In this document: piece after piece, positions 45,958 to 56,266 of the stretch | Numbering within the stretch: the stretch's first letter is position 1 | How the letters are laid out: the number at the start of each line of letters is the position of its first letter | Source of the DNA: Candidatus Bathyarchaeota archaeon | Lineage (GTDB): Archaea; Thermoproteota; Bathyarchaeia; Bathyarchaeales; Bathycorpusculaceae | Reading direction: 5' to 3' | NCBI GenBank assembly: GCA_963701765.1 | Contig: CAVPBD010000004.1 | Location: 229,384-293,383 of the forward strand | Length of the DNA stretch: 64,000 nucleotides | Translations under genes and position numbers: made by a program | Notes under the pieces: model-generated | What the model saw: the letters and a program-made list of their open reading frames with translations, nothing else | Database searches by the model: none | What the model was told of the DNA's origin: nothing

Positions 45958-46599
45958 TTAGAGTCTGATTTTTTCGCCTGTGGCTATGTAGACAACAGCT
46001 TCTGAGATATAGGTCGCATGGTCAGCTATGCGTTCTAGATAACGAATAACTAATACACTTGAGACTGTACATAAATTCGTGGTTTTAGCTTCTTCGACCA
46101 GCTTAGTTAGGTACTGGAAGTATAGTTTGTCGACTTCTTGTTCAGTTTGACTAATACTTCTAGCGAGGTTGGTATCGAGTCTTTTGAGTGCACTTACGCT
46201 GATGCTGACCATATTGAGGACTTTTTCGCTCATACCAGCGATGTAGTCAGGCATCCAGGTGCTGCATTCCTTTAGTCCACCCATTGTCTTGCTTATATAA
46301 GCAATATCCCAAGAGTATCTACCGCATCTCTCGAAGTCATAAGCGATTTTCATATACGAGTTTATGATTCTCAAATCTGTGGCTACTGGCTGGTATTTAG
46401 CGATTAAATTAAAGGCTTTATCTTCAACTTCTTGGGTCATGGCGACTAGAATTTGTGACAACTCGCGGGTGCTTTCAGTTGTGTCTTTTCCTTTAGTATA
46501 TCCGGTTAAGGATATTGATAGTACTTTCTCTGCTACTTCTCCCATCCTGTAAACCATAGCTGTTAACTGTTCTAAACCTTTATCCAAAAGTCTGTCCAT
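45958..46599 (-). CDS. phoU: phosphate transport system regulator PhoU
   Basis: 213 aa with two PhoU repeats, each ending in an 'ERI(A/C)D(H)' type motif ('FERCGRY', 'LERIADHATYI'). Confidence 0.9.
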   Translation of the reverse strand: MDRLLDKGLEQLTAMVYRMGEVAEKVLSISLTGYTKGKDTTESTRELSQILVAMTQEVEDKAFNLIAKYQPVATDLRIINSYMKIAYDFERCGRYSWDIAYISKTMGGLKECSTWMPDYIAGMSEKVLNMVSISVSALKRLDTNLARSISQTEQEVDKLYFQYLTKLVEEAKTTNLCTVSSVLVIRYLERIADHATYISEAVVYIATGEKIRL

Positions 46600-46609
46600 A
46601 CTTTATCAC

Positions 46610-47374
46610 CTATCCAAATTTTCCTGTAATGTACTTTTCGGTTAACTCGCTTTTCGGAGTCTCAAAAACTTGTGAGGTTTCTCCGTATTCTATAAGCTCG
46701 CCTAGATACATGAAAGCAGTATAGTCGGAAACGCGGGCAGCCTGCTGCATACTGTGCGTGACAATAGCAACAGTATAATCTTTTTTGAGCTCAACTATAA
46801 GAGCTTCGATTTTGGCTGTAGCGATGGGGTCAAGCGCGGAGCAAGGTTCATCCATCAAAATTACTTCTGGCTGCATCGCAATTGTTCGTGCGATACAGAG
46901 ACGTTGCTGTTGCCCGCCTGAGATACTGGTTCCCGGTTTCTTAAGTTCATCTTTAACTTCGTTCCACAATGTTGCGTGCTCAAGACTATCCTTTACCACA
47001 CCGTCAAGGTTTGTACCACGCTTTATACCAGTCAGTCTCAAGCCCGCTACTACATTGTCATAAATAGACATTGTTGGAAAGGGGTTTGGTTTCTGGAAGA
47101 CCATACCTACCCGTCTACGAATCATAACTGGATCAACATCAGCTGCAAAAATGTCTTTCCCATCAAGAAAAACTTGTCCAGTCATTCTAGCATTCGGAAT
47201 AAGTTCATGCATCCGGTTAAGATTGCGGATATATGTTGATTTTCCACATCCTGAAGGGCCAATTATTGCTGTCACGGCATTAGGTTTAATGCCAATACTG
47301 ACATCTTTGAGAGCCTGCTTGGTGCCAAACCACGCATTCAGATGGATACTTTCCATTTTGTAGTCACTGTTCAT
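46610..47374 (-). CDS. pstB: phosphate ABC transporter ATP-binding protein
   Basis: Walker A 'GPSGCGKST', signature '[13 protein letters not shown]', Walker B '[11 protein letters not shown]' and the PstB-typical C-terminus 'YITGKFG'. Confidence 0.95.
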   Translation of the reverse strand: MNSDYKMESIHLNAWFGTKQALKDVSIGIKPNAVTAIIGPSGCGKSTYIRNLNRMHELIPNARMTGQVFLDGKDIFAADVDPVMIRRRVGMVFQKPNPFPTMSIYDNVVAGLRLTGIKRGTNLDGVVKDSLEHATLWNEVKDELKKPGTSISGGQQQRLCIARTIAMQPEVILMDEPCSALDPIATAKIEALIVELKKDYTVAIVTHSMQQAARVSDYTAFMYLGELIEYGETSQVFETPKSELTEKYITGKFG

Positions 47375-47381
47375 TTCGTTT

Positions 47382-48212
47382 TCACCTTTTCAAGTTACCT
47401 CTACTGGCTATTCTAACAACTATGTTCAAAGTCAGAACTATCAAAATTAACACTAAAGCAGCTCCCCACCCTTGAGCTTGCAGTTCAGGATAGGGTTGAA
47501 GCGAGTTTTTCCAAATCACCAAGGGTAATGCTGACATAGGTTGCGTGAATCCTTGGAAGAAATAAGTATTTCCTAGAATGGTCATTATCAAAGGCGCGGT
47601 TTCTCCAGCTATTCTTGCAATGCCTAAAAGGGCACCTGTGATTAAGCCTGTTCGGGCAGCAGGCAACACTATAGTTAAAGTAGTTCGCCATTTGCGTGCA
47701 CCTAAAGCGAGGGAGGCTTCACGTATGCTGTTGGGTATAAGTTTGAGGGATTCTTCTGTTGTTCGCGCAACGACTGGTATTAATATGAAAGAAAGCGCAA
47801 TAGCACCGGCTATTGCAGAATAATATCCAATTATTATTGTTACAAAAATGCTGGAAACTGTTATTCCCACTACTATTGATGGAAACTGGGTGAGCACATC
47901 ATTAATTGACCGTATAACTGAAGCATACCTGTTGTTGCCGTACTCCGCCAAGTAAACCCCAGACAATATGCCCACCGGCATTCCAATTAGGCTTGTTAGC
48001 CCGATTAGAATTAAGGTTCCTTGTATCGCTGGACCTATTCCGCCATTTGATGCGTCTTGCGTGAGGAAATCTATACTAAGTTGAGGTGCGCCTCTTACAA
48101 TAACTTCGAAAAGAATACTTAACAAAGGCACAATCGCAATAACAACACATGCTGCGCAGAGAACATAAAATAGCCTATTTTTAAACTTCCGAAAAACAAA
48201 TCGATCAATCAT
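47382..48212 (-). CDS. pstA: phosphate ABC transporter permease PstA
   Basis: Multi-TM protein with the EAA-loop region '[23 protein letters not shown]'. Confidence 0.9.
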   Translation of the reverse strand: MIDRFVFRKFKNRLFYVLCAACVVIAIVPLLSILFEVIVRGAPQLSIDFLTQDASNGGIGPAIQGTLILIGLTSLIGMPVGILSGVYLAEYGNNRYASVIRSINDVLTQFPSIVVGITVSSIFVTIIIGYYSAIAGAIALSFILIPVVARTTEESLKLIPNSIREASLALGARKWRTTLTIVLPAARTGLITGALLGIARIAGETAPLIMTILGNTYFFQGFTQPMSALPLVIWKNSLQPYPELQAQGWGAALVLILIVLTLNIVVRIASRGNLKR

Positions 48213-49171
48213 TCTACTGCGCCTCCTTTGACCTTCATAATACGGCTCACCATTAGGTAAGCTAGAATGTTTATTGCAATACTAATAATGAGCAGAGTTA
48301 ATGCGGCACCTATGTAAGCGGATTTTTCGGTTGCCGCAGTAGCTTCTAAAAAGCCATTAGCGATAAGAGAAGAAAGGGTTTGTCCAGGTTTAAAGAGGGA
48401 GGTAGGCATTGCATAAGGACCAGTGGCGTTGCCTATGACCATAGTTACTGCCATGGTTTCACCCACAGCACGACCCAATCCTAAGATTATGGCTCCAAAT
48501 ATGCCTGAACGTCCATAGCTTAGTACCCAATAACGAATCACTTCCCATTTTGTTGCGCCGATGCTGTAGGCACCTTCTCGAATTGCGTCCGGGACGGAGC
48601 TGATTACATCTCGTGATACTGAAGCGATTGTAGGTATAATCATGATTGCAAGAATGACTCCGGCAGTAAGAACATCAAGACCAAAAGGGGTTCCGCTGAA
48701 TATTGGAAGCCACCCTAAATATGTGGATAACGGCGTTTCTACATAGTCCATTAGCCAATAGCGGAAGATGAAAAGCCCCCAAAGCCCATATATTACGCTG
48801 GGGACGGCAGCGAGTAACTCAACTATGTACCCAATAGGCACTCGCAGAATTTTTGGAGCCATTTCTGATAAAAAGATAGCTATACCCAAACTTAATGGAA
48901 CACCTATCAGAAGGGCAATTCCAGAGGTAACAAGTGTACCTAGGACATAGGGTAATACCCCAAATGCTTCTTTTCCTTCTGCGGGGTTCCATTTTGCGCT
49001 TACGAAGAAATCAAAACCAAATTTTCCAAGAACCGTGGAAGAGCCAGTAATAAGAGCATATGCGCTAATTATTAGAATCACAGCTGCTGAAGCTGCGATT
49101 ACCGCAACCAAGATTTTGAACAGATTATCTGCAGTTGGCTTTATAATCATGCGCATCTGCTCGTGAATCAT
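48209..49171 (-). CDS. pstC: phosphate ABC transporter permease PstC
   Basis: Multi-TM protein with 'REGAYSIGATKWEVIRYWVLSYGRSG'. 4-nt overlap with pstA. Confidence 0.9.
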   Translation of the reverse strand: MIHEQMRMIIKPTADNLFKILVAVIAASAAVILIISAYALITGSSTVLGKFGFDFFVSAKWNPAEGKEAFGVLPYVLGTLVTSGIALLIGVPLSLGIAIFLSEMAPKILRVPIGYIVELLAAVPSVIYGLWGLFIFRYWLMDYVETPLSTYLGWLPIFSGTPFGLDVLTAGVILAIMIIPTIASVSRDVISSVPDAIREGAYSIGATKWEVIRYWVLSYGRSGIFGAIILGLGRAVGETMAVTMVIGNATGPYAMPTSLFKPGQTLSSLIANGFLEATAATEKSAYIGAALTLLIISIAINILAYLMVSRIMKVKGGAVE

Positions 49172-49225
49172 TTGTATTTTTGATAAAAATGATTTGTGGT
49201 ATCATTTTATGAATCCTGCCTTTAG

Positions 49226-50362
49226 TTAGCCTGTTAGTAATTGTTGTCCATTGAAGGTTATTGATTTGATAGTTACCTCATTTACCTGAACTACATTAGA
49301 GGGAAGTGGTGCATAAATTAGGTCTGAAGCTAGCTCTTGCCCATCATGTATTACATACCAAAGAAACTCTACTAGTGCTTTTGCCTTCCCTAAGTTCATG
49401 CTAGAGATTACGTTTAGCTCTTGGTAGGTTAAAATGTAAGTAAAACTAGTTATTGGGTAAGCTTGAGGGGCAGGAGCGTTAAGAATATTAACATTTGTCC
49501 AACTCTCATTGCCTGCAGGTAAACCTGAAGCAGCACCAGACTCAACGGCTAGTTGTATTGATTCAAGTGAAGGTAAAATCCAGTTTCCCGCAGGATTCTG
49601 AACAGCCACTAATTTCATATTATTCTCAAGTGCATAAGACAACTCAACATAACCCATCAGGTATTTGTTACCTTGAATAACCGAAGCAACTCCAGTGTTA
49701 CCAGGTGCACCAATCCCAGCAAGCCAACCAACTGATTTACCACGCCCTACTTCTTCACGCCATTGAGAACTTGATACACTCAAATAGCTGGTAAAAATGT
49801 AGGTTGTTCCTGAGCCGTCAGAACGATGCACAGTCTGGATATCCTTCTCTGGAAGCGTTGTTCCAGGGTTTAAGGTTTGTATTGCATCGTCGTTCCATTT
49901 GGTTATTTTTCCTAAGAAGATGTCGGCTATGACCTCGCCGGTTAGGTTTAGGCCCGAGGGTACATCAGGTAGATTGTATGCGAGTGTTACTGCACCTATC
50001 GTTTCGGGTATGTGAAGTATGTTGGGCATATTTGTTACTTCAGAAGCTTTCAGAGGTGCATCTGAGGCTGCGAAGTCAACTGTTTTTGCTTTGAGTGCAG
50101 AGATTCCACCTCCGCTACCCATGGGTTGATAGTTAATTAGAACATTAGATTGGACTGTACGTGTGTATCGAGTAATCATTGAATTTATAAGAGGATAGGG
50201 GAAGGTTGCGCCTGCAGCATTTAATGATGCACTCCCCTGCTGATTATATGTTGGAGAATCAGTTGGTCCAGAAGACGGCGAACTAAGGAAAGTATAGCCA
50301 AGGGCGGTTCCTATAATTATCGCGATAAGTAGGATGACACTAAGCATGAGCAGAGACCTCAT
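49226..50362 (-). CDS. pstS: phosphate ABC transporter substrate-binding protein (copy 2)
   Basis: Paralog of 44560..45732 with the same motif set ('AAGATFPYPL', 'YQPMGSGGG', 'DFAASDAPL', 'HRSDGSGTTYIFTSYL'). A GGGGGT SD lies upstream. Confidence 0.9.
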   Translation of the reverse strand: MRSLLMLSVILLIAIIIGTALGYTFLSSPSSGPTDSPTYNQQGSASLNAAGATFPYPLINSMITRYTRTVQSNVLINYQPMGSGGGISALKAKTVDFAASDAPLKASEVTNMPNILHIPETIGAVTLAYNLPDVPSGLNLTGEVIADIFLGKITKWNDDAIQTLNPGTTLPEKDIQTVHRSDGSGTTYIFTSYLSVSSSQWREEVGRGKSVGWLAGIGAPGNTGVASVIQGNKYLMGYVELSYALENNMKLVAVQNPAGNWILPSLESIQLAVESGAASGLPAGNESWTNVNILNAPAPQAYPITSFTYILTYQELNVISSMNLGKAKALVEFLWYVIHDGQELASDLIYAPLPSNVVQVNEVTIKSITFNGQQLLTG

Positions 50363-50397
50363 TTGCTACCCCCATGGTCAAATTTAAGTGGGAACTC

Positions 50398-50409
50398 CAC
50401 GTTATATAA
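50398..50409 (-). promoter_or_regulatory. TATA-like element shared by both pstS promoters ('cacgttatataa' on +)
   Basis: Located 36 nt upstream of the pstS copy 2 ATG. It sits in the divergent intergenic region, which also holds two 'aactatata' repeats (50431-50439, 50461-50469). Confidence 0.4.
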
Positions 50410-50480
50410 CTGTTCCCAGTAAACATCATAAACTATATAGAAAATAATAAAATCAAGGTTAACTATATAAAAAGCAGAAG

Positions 50481-51539
50481 GTGCCATATTTGACTAAAAA
50501 TAGCGAAAACGAGAACAGCGAGCAAAGAAAACTTCAGGTAACAGGCGGCTCAACGTACATAATATCCATACCGAAAGACTGGATTATTAGAAATCAACTC
50601 AAGAAAGGCAGCGCCCTGCAACTCTATGAGGAAGAAGACGGATCGTTAACCATAACTCCGCCTAAACTTGGCAAAAAAGAAAAACAAGAAGAAGTTATCA
50701 TCCGCGTGCAAGTGAATGACAAGCCAGATGCTGTAATACGCAAGATAGTCTCAGCTTATCTAGTAGGTTATAGCATACTTCACCTAAAAGCTCAAGGCCA
50801 GCAACAGCTCCCCTCAAAAGTGAGAAATACTCTCAAAATCTTCGCCAGAAACCTTCTAGTGGGTACAGAAATCGTGATTGACACCCCTGCGGATTTGACC
50901 TTGCAGGTTCTGCTTAATTATTCAGAACTATCAGTTCAAAGTGCCCTGCGTAGAATGGCAATCATCGCTGCATCTATGCATAAAGAAGCTGTGGCGTCTT
51001 TAAAAAATCAAGATACACAAGCAGCCAAAGCAGTCATCGAAACCGACAACGAAGTCGACCGATTCAACCTTTATGTAACACGTTTGCTCAAACTGGCAAT
51101 CACAAATCCCCGTATTTTCAAGGAAATCGGGCTAGATGATGCAAAAGGTAGCCTGGGATACAGACTCGTAACAAAGGCAATTGAGCGAACTGCAGATCAC
51201 GCCACAAGAATCGCCGAGAACGTTATTTCTTTGAAAGAAAAGCCCAACAACGATCTTATAGAAAAAATTGAACATATGAGCAACCTAGCTATAGGTATGT
51301 TCGAAGACTCCATCGAATCCCTGTTTAGAAAAGACTACAACCTAGCTGAATCTATAATCCAAAAACTTGACCAAATCGTTGTCCTGGAAAAAGAAGCGGT
51401 GCTTTCCTCGAAGACTTTTGACATCGAAGAAGTCGCCAGCCTAAGACTGCTTATCGAAAGCGTACGCAGAACCGCAGAATATGCTACCGACGTCGCAGAG
51501 GTCGTGCTCAATATGAACATAGAATCTGTTCTAGGCTAA
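50481..51539 (+). CDS. AbrB/SpoVT-domain + double PhoU-domain regulator (archaeal phosphate uptake regulator type)
   Basis: The N-terminus 'RKLQVTGGSTYIISIPKDWI' is an AbrB-like swapped hairpin. Two PhoU-like repeats follow ('AIERTADHATRIAE', 'VRRTAEYATDVAE'). The start is GTG at 50481 or TTG at 50490. Confidence 0.8.
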   Translation: MPYLTKNSENENSEQRKLQVTGGSTYIISIPKDWIIRNQLKKGSALQLYEEEDGSLTITPPKLGKKEKQEEVIIRVQVNDKPDAVIRKIVSAYLVGYSILHLKAQGQQQLPSKVRNTLKIFARNLLVGTEIVIDTPADLTLQVLLNYSELSVQSALRRMAIIAASMHKEAVASLKNQDTQAAKAVIETDNEVDRFNLYVTRLLKLAITNPRIFKEIGLDDAKGSLGYRLVTKAIERTADHATRIAENVISLKEKPNNDLIEKIEHMSNLAIGMFEDSIESLFRKDYNLAESIIQKLDQIVVLEKEAVLSSKTFDIEEVASLRLLIESVRRTAEYATDVAEVVLNMNIESVLG

Positions 51540-51562
51540 ACCTAACCAAACGGCTTCTTTTC

Positions 51563-52456
51563 TTAAACATCGTTACTTTTTTGGCCGTCAAGATTTGAAG
51601 GTTTAGACTGATCTACAATATTCTTTGGGATTATTGTTCGAAAGAGACTTACCCCTAAACCTAAAAATGGAAGCGCCCAAAGGTCTATCGCCATCGCAGG
51701 ATCCAAATTGCCGGATAAGAAAGAGTACAGCAAGTAGACTACGTAATTTAATCCTATCATCGCTAATGATAGACCAAACCATTTTACAGATTCCCCAAGA
51801 TTTTTTGAAAGAAGATGCGCGCCAGCTACAGCAAAAACCACCGCCAAAGACATAGCAATTAACGAAACTAGGAATCCCCATGATGCAGCTCCAGTTAAAA
51901 GAAAACCACTACCAAGTACGGCTATCATATCGAACCAGCCAAACACAACATTAAACCAAAGCGCCATGATGTAGGAAACGGCTGCGATTCCAATCCATTT
52001 TAATACGTTCATACCTTTCGCAAAATCCTGAACCTTAAAACTTAACATAAGCAGAGCGGATCCAGCTAGGGCCGCTCTTAATAAGTAGTCTAAGCCTATG
52101 AAATTAAAACCTAAACCTACCCACCATAATCCAGAAGGAAAAAGTAAAATGTAGTAGGTGCCTTCCAAAAAAAGGACGGTTTCTACTATGCGCGCAAGTT
52201 TTGTGTAGGAAGTTAGGTTGGTACTCCAGAGCATAAAACCGCTTACTAAAGCTAGTATGACTGCGAAGAAACGGGCAAGTAAGCCTATATGTGAAGCTAC
52301 AAACATTCCCAAGTTGCCCGTGTAAAAATCAGGTTGACCTAAAATAACGTTGAATAAATGCTTAAAACTTGAAGGTAGCATGCAAACGACCCAGAGTAGA
52401 AGAGCGCATAAGCTAGCAAAAACCCAAATTTTGACTCCACGCCCAACGGTAAGCAA
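51563..52456 (-). CDS. polytopic membrane protein, unknown function
   Basis: 297 aa with ~8 hydrophobic segments. No motif recognised. Confidence 0.55.
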   Translation of the reverse strand: MLTVGRGVKIWVFASLCALLLWVVCMLPSSFKHLFNVILGQPDFYTGNLGMFVASHIGLLARFFAVILALVSGFMLWSTNLTSYTKLARIVETVLFLEGTYYILLFPSGLWWVGLGFNFIGLDYLLRAALAGSALLMLSFKVQDFAKGMNVLKWIGIAAVSYIMALWFNVVFGWFDMIAVLGSGFLLTGAASWGFLVSLIAMSLAVVFAVAGAHLLSKNLGESVKWFGLSLAMIGLNYVVYLLYSFLSGNLDPAMAIDLWALPFLGLGVSLFRTIIPKNIVDQSKPSNLDGQKSNDV

Positions 52457-52538
52457 CCCCTAACGCTCCGATAGCCTGCTGTACAAGCCTACTCCCCAAG
52501 ATACAAATGAACCTTAAAGCTTTAACCTCTAAACTTCA

Positions 52539-53063
52539 CTACTTTTGGCACCCATATTTTTTGCAGTATTCGGCTGAAGTTGGAAAAACTTCGCGCACCC
52601 GCCCAAAACGTTTCTTCGCGTTTACCTCATTTGTGAGAGCTAAAACATCGCTTGGTTTGCTAAATTGCTCTTGGGTACCATCTTCACGTTTACGCGTTAC
52701 TTTGATACAATGATCTACCATGCATACTAGAACACATGCACCGCAATGAACACATAAATCTTCAATAATGCCTACGCCGCTTGACTGCCAATACAAAGCG
52801 TTTGTTGGGCATACTTTTACGCATAATTTACATTGTACGCCTATGCAGGTGTTTTTGTTGACACTTATGGTTCCTTCAGGAAAAATATCTTTAACAGATG
52901 TTGGAGCTAAAAGTTCTTCACGTTGTTTTCTCTGAGCGGACTTTTCTGCGTCTTTCTCTTTAACCGCTTTTTCTTCGCTGCCTGAAAGTATATCAAATAT
53001 GTCATAATCTGATGAACTCTTATCAGCCGTCAAGATCGCCCCGTAGGCATGTAATGGTATCAT
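52539..53063 (-). CDS. 2x[4Fe-4S] ferredoxin-domain protein with charged N- and C-terminal extensions
   Basis: 'CIGVQCKLCVKVCP' and 'CVHCGACVLVC'. Confidence 0.7.
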   Translation of the reverse strand: MIPLHAYGAILTADKSSSDYDIFDILSGSEEKAVKEKDAEKSAQRKQREELLAPTSVKDIFPEGTISVNKNTCIGVQCKLCVKVCPTNALYWQSSGVGIIEDLCVHCGACVLVCMVDHCIKVTRKREDGTQEQFSKPSDVLALTNEVNAKKRFGRVREVFPTSAEYCKKYGCQK

Positions 53064-53185
53064 AATTAAGATTAGAATTATAATTACTTATCTTAAGAAA
53101 AACGGTCAAAATAACTTGCCAAACCTATGGTGAAGTGGAAAGGGATTATAAACGCGAAAAGAGTCAATATTGTTAGTGATTAAAT

Positions 53186-53371
53186 ATGTGTGAGTTTAAT
53201 GTTTTACTTAACGGAAAATCTGTCTTTAAAGACGTGTTTTACGCGAAAACCGAAAAAGACAATGTTATTTTAAAGAGTGTGCTTGGCGAAATAAAAGAAA
53301 TCAAGAACTGCACTATTACTGAAGTAGATGTAAACAATGCCAAACTGGTTCTCACAGCGATAAAAAAATGA
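53186..53371 (+). CDS. cooT: CooT-family nickel-binding CODH accessory protein
   Basis: 61 aa starting 'MCEFNV' (Cys2 is the Ni ligand in CooT). The overall pattern 'MCE.N..L.G....DV......D.V.L.S.LGE.K......I.EVD' matches, and the gene lies next to the CODH/ACS genes. Confidence 0.7.
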   Translation: MCEFNVLLNGKSVFKDVFYAKTEKDNVILKSVLGEIKEIKNCTITEVDVNNAKLVLTAIKK

Positions 53372-53594
53372 GGACCTGCTTCAGCACATTTTTTTAATAA
53401 TAGTATATGCTTACTGGAATGTAAAATGTGCCTTAAGTAATTCACTATAGTTAGAACAAAAGCGTTCTCCTCTTGGTCTTGGCTATAATTACGGCAGAAA
53501 ACAGAATCACCGCATAACCCCTTCTTAAATTTTATAATTGAATAGTCTTAAAACAAAATTTTGATAAAATAATACAAAAAGGAAAAGAGGTGGT

Positions 53595-55028
53595 TTATGG
53601 TTGCCATTTGTCTACGAGATATTTGGGTATCTCGGAGCTGTCTCTTGGACCGACCTGAACTTTCCAGCCGGTGAGTTCTTCGATTTCGCCGCTGATTCTT
53701 GAGGCTTTGCCGGGGATGATGAGTTTGCGGTGTTTGACTTTGGTTTCTACGCCTGAAGACTTTAGAGCATCTGCTACTTTTTCTGCAGTGAGTTTGCGTC
53801 CTGCAACTCCGCTGTCTATGGCAGAACCTTCGCTTTCAACAACTATTAGGTAGGCATTGAGTTTTGCGCTTTCGATGTCTGATGCGACGGTGTAATAAGT
53901 TAGGGCAAAGTTTGAGGTGAAGAACACTGGTGAGTTTTCGTCTGGTGTGCCGAAGACTTTAAGACCTGCAGCGACTGCGACTGGTTTTCTTGGGTCAGTG
54001 TATATGTTCTGGCGTAGGATTACTTCAGGTAGTAGGGCCCATCCGTCGTTGCCGTGCATTATAATAACGTCGGCGTAGCGTACGATGAGCATTCCTGCAG
54101 TTTGGGCTTCGCGCCATTTTATGATTTCGTCTGCGGTGTCACCTTTGTTAACCCAAGCAGCTGCTGGGATTCCTAAGAGGGGGAATCCTGCTAGTTCTTC
54201 GCCTTGTTTGGTTGCTGCTTTGCGTAGCATTGTAAAGTTGTTTAGTGTGTCTGCTAGACCATCGTTGAAGAATGTTCCTGGGTCTAGAACTATGTCTTGT
54301 ACGCCGTAGGTCTGTAGGGTTTTTGCGAGGGTCATCAGGTTGTTCATGTCGTTTGGTGAAGCTGCAACTAATGGGCAGTTGTACATTAGTGCGAGTTCAG
54401 CCATGTCTTTCCAGTTTGTGGTTGTTGCTGCATAGAGCAGGGGGCGTGCTTTTGGTATGGCCATTAGACCTGCTTCAAGAACTACGGGGTTAAGTGCGCA
54501 TAGAATTAGGGGCAGGGTGGTGGTTTCGGAGACTTTTTTGACGGCTGCTTTAAATTTCTCTGCGTCGCCAGAAGTTGAGCGGACGGCTATCATGTCAAGC
54601 TTTAAGGTGTTACCTATGTATTCAAAGGTGAATCCTTCGGTATCTTTTACTCGGCTGACAAGTACGTTTTCGGGCATCTCATCGCTTACGTCGATGGCTA
54701 TGGCGGTGGGGTTGAAGTAGGTGAATTCGTGGCGGTACATGACTAGTTTGCCGCCTATTTTGCGGGCTTTGTCACCAACGCCGATTATGACTTCTTTTAC
54801 TGCGGGTTTGAGTAATTCTTTGAGTTTTTTATAATTTTTCTCGTGTTCTTTCTTAAATAGTGGTTTGCATTGGTCGATGTCGGCTTCGCGGTTAACGATT
54901 TTAGTGGCAAAGGCCATGCAGTTTTCTTGGCCGCATTCTTTGCAGTTGGTCTTTGGGAGGAGTTTGTAAATGTCTATTGGGCTTAATTCTTTCTTTTCAG
55001 CTTTTTTGCCTTGTTCACTCATATACAT
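53595..55028 (-). CDS. cdhE: acetyl-CoA decarbonylase/synthase gamma subunit (corrinoid Fe-S protein large subunit)
   Basis: N-terminal [4Fe-4S] motif 'CKECGQENCMAFA' followed by a TIM-barrel and a corrinoid-binding domain. Position in the cdh operon supports the call. Confidence 0.9.
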   Translation of the reverse strand: MYMSEQGKKAEKKELSPIDIYKLLPKTNCKECGQENCMAFATKIVNREADIDQCKPLFKKEHEKNYKKLKELLKPAVKEVIIGVGDKARKIGGKLVMYRHEFTYFNPTAIAIDVSDEMPENVLVSRVKDTEGFTFEYIGNTLKLDMIAVRSTSGDAEKFKAAVKKVSETTTLPLILCALNPVVLEAGLMAIPKARPLLYAATTTNWKDMAELALMYNCPLVAASPNDMNNLMTLAKTLQTYGVQDIVLDPGTFFNDGLADTLNNFTMLRKAATKQGEELAGFPLLGIPAAAWVNKGDTADEIIKWREAQTAGMLIVRYADVIIMHGNDGWALLPEVILRQNIYTDPRKPVAVAAGLKVFGTPDENSPVFFTSNFALTYYTVASDIESAKLNAYLIVVESEGSAIDSGVAGRKLTAEKVADALKSSGVETKVKHRKLIIPGKASRISGEIEELTGWKVQVGPRDSSEIPKYLVDKWQP

Positions 55029-55039
55029 ACCATCCTCAG

Positions 55040-56266
55040 CTATGGTTTAGCAGTAACCCATTCTAGGTATTTGCTTGCGTCTGCCTTTTGACCGCTGGAT
55101 AATCGCTTGGTGACTTCTTTTAGAGTCTTAACTGCGGCTGGATGAATCATCATAAACATGTCTACTCCTGCAAGCAGTAGCGTCAATGCTGTAGTTACTT
55201 CCCACAAGGGACCACGAAGTTCACGCGGTTCCCATTTGGCATCCATTTTCAGCCAAGCTTCGCGTGCAGCCCAAGCGTTGGTTGTTCCTGAAGACATTGG
55301 GTGTGCAAGTTCGTTATCGCCCATTAAGCCTGCGAGTCTTGCGCGTTCCATGTTAGTAAAAGCGTAGTCTAACCCGTAGCCTAATGCGGCTGTAGATAAG
55401 TCCATAACTATATCTTCGGGGGCTAGATAATCGTAGAGTTTACGATTTTGCTCTCGCGCCATGTTTAGGTCCATTGGGGTGAAGGAAAGTACGGCGTGGT
55501 TATTTTTCTTTGCAAGTTTTGCGCTTTTCTCGATGTTCATGTCACGAGTTAGAGAGCTGAGTAAGAATCTTTCACCAGGGAATGCTACCGCGACCTCTTC
55601 GAAGAGGGCCTCGTCTTTAACGGGGTCACCGCAACCACCAATCACGAGGGGAACATCAACTGCCTGTAGGACTTTTTCAATTGTCTTCAGGGCATCTTTT
55701 GGTGGAGCATCTTTCAAAAGTGGATCAATGCTAATCAGGTGAATTGTGACCATGTCTGCGCCGAATTTGTTTACTGCGAGTTTTGCCCATTCTGCTGGGT
55801 CGTGGAGGACTTCTTTGAAGTGCATTTTTACAGCTTTAGACAGCGGAACTTCCATGTCGAAAACGTCTAATGTTACAATTGGCGGGTGGGTAACTGGGCT
55901 TTCAAAGGTGTAGAAGGGGGGAGATTTTTCTCCGCCGATGGTTATTGCTTTTCCACGTGTTCCGCCTTGACCTTTGGTTGCACCGAGTGTTACTTCAGCT
56001 ATTTTTCCGGTATATTTGTCGATGGGTGGAGTGAAGGTCTGTTGGATTAAAGCGGTGGGTTTTGTTGCTATCGCGGAGGGGATTTTGAGTTGAGGCATTA
56101 TTGATCCGCCGATGCCTGGCTCGAAGCGCAGTTCCAGATTTTTCATATCCATTTGGAAGTCGTATAGTTCAATTTGTTGGAATTTTTTGAGCAGGTCTAG
56201 TAGTCCGTCAATGTCAAGTCCGCTACTGCTGTTTTCTTCCTTTTTGTGGTGCGTCAAGGTGTTCAC
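55040..56266 (-). CDS. cdhD: acetyl-CoA decarbonylase/synthase delta subunit (corrinoid Fe-S protein small subunit)
   Basis: 408 aa. GTG start in a GTGA overlap with the cdhC stop. CdhD/AcsD-like TIM-barrel sequence. Confidence 0.9.
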   Translation of the reverse strand: MNTLTHHKKEENSSSGLDIDGLLDLLKKFQQIELYDFQMDMKNLELRFEPGIGGSIMPQLKIPSAIATKPTALIQQTFTPPIDKYTGKIAEVTLGATKGQGGTRGKAITIGGEKSPPFYTFESPVTHPPIVTLDVFDMEVPLSKAVKMHFKEVLHDPAEWAKLAVNKFGADMVTIHLISIDPLLKDAPPKDALKTIEKVLQAVDVPLVIGGCGDPVKDEALFEEVAVAFPGERFLLSSLTRDMNIEKSAKLAKKNNHAVLSFTPMDLNMAREQNRKLYDYLAPEDIVMDLSTAALGYGLDYAFTNMERARLAGLMGDNELAHPMSSGTTNAWAAREAWLKMDAKWEPRELRGPLWEVTTALTLLLAGVDMFMMIHPAAVKTLKEVTKRLSSGQKADASKYLEWVTAKP

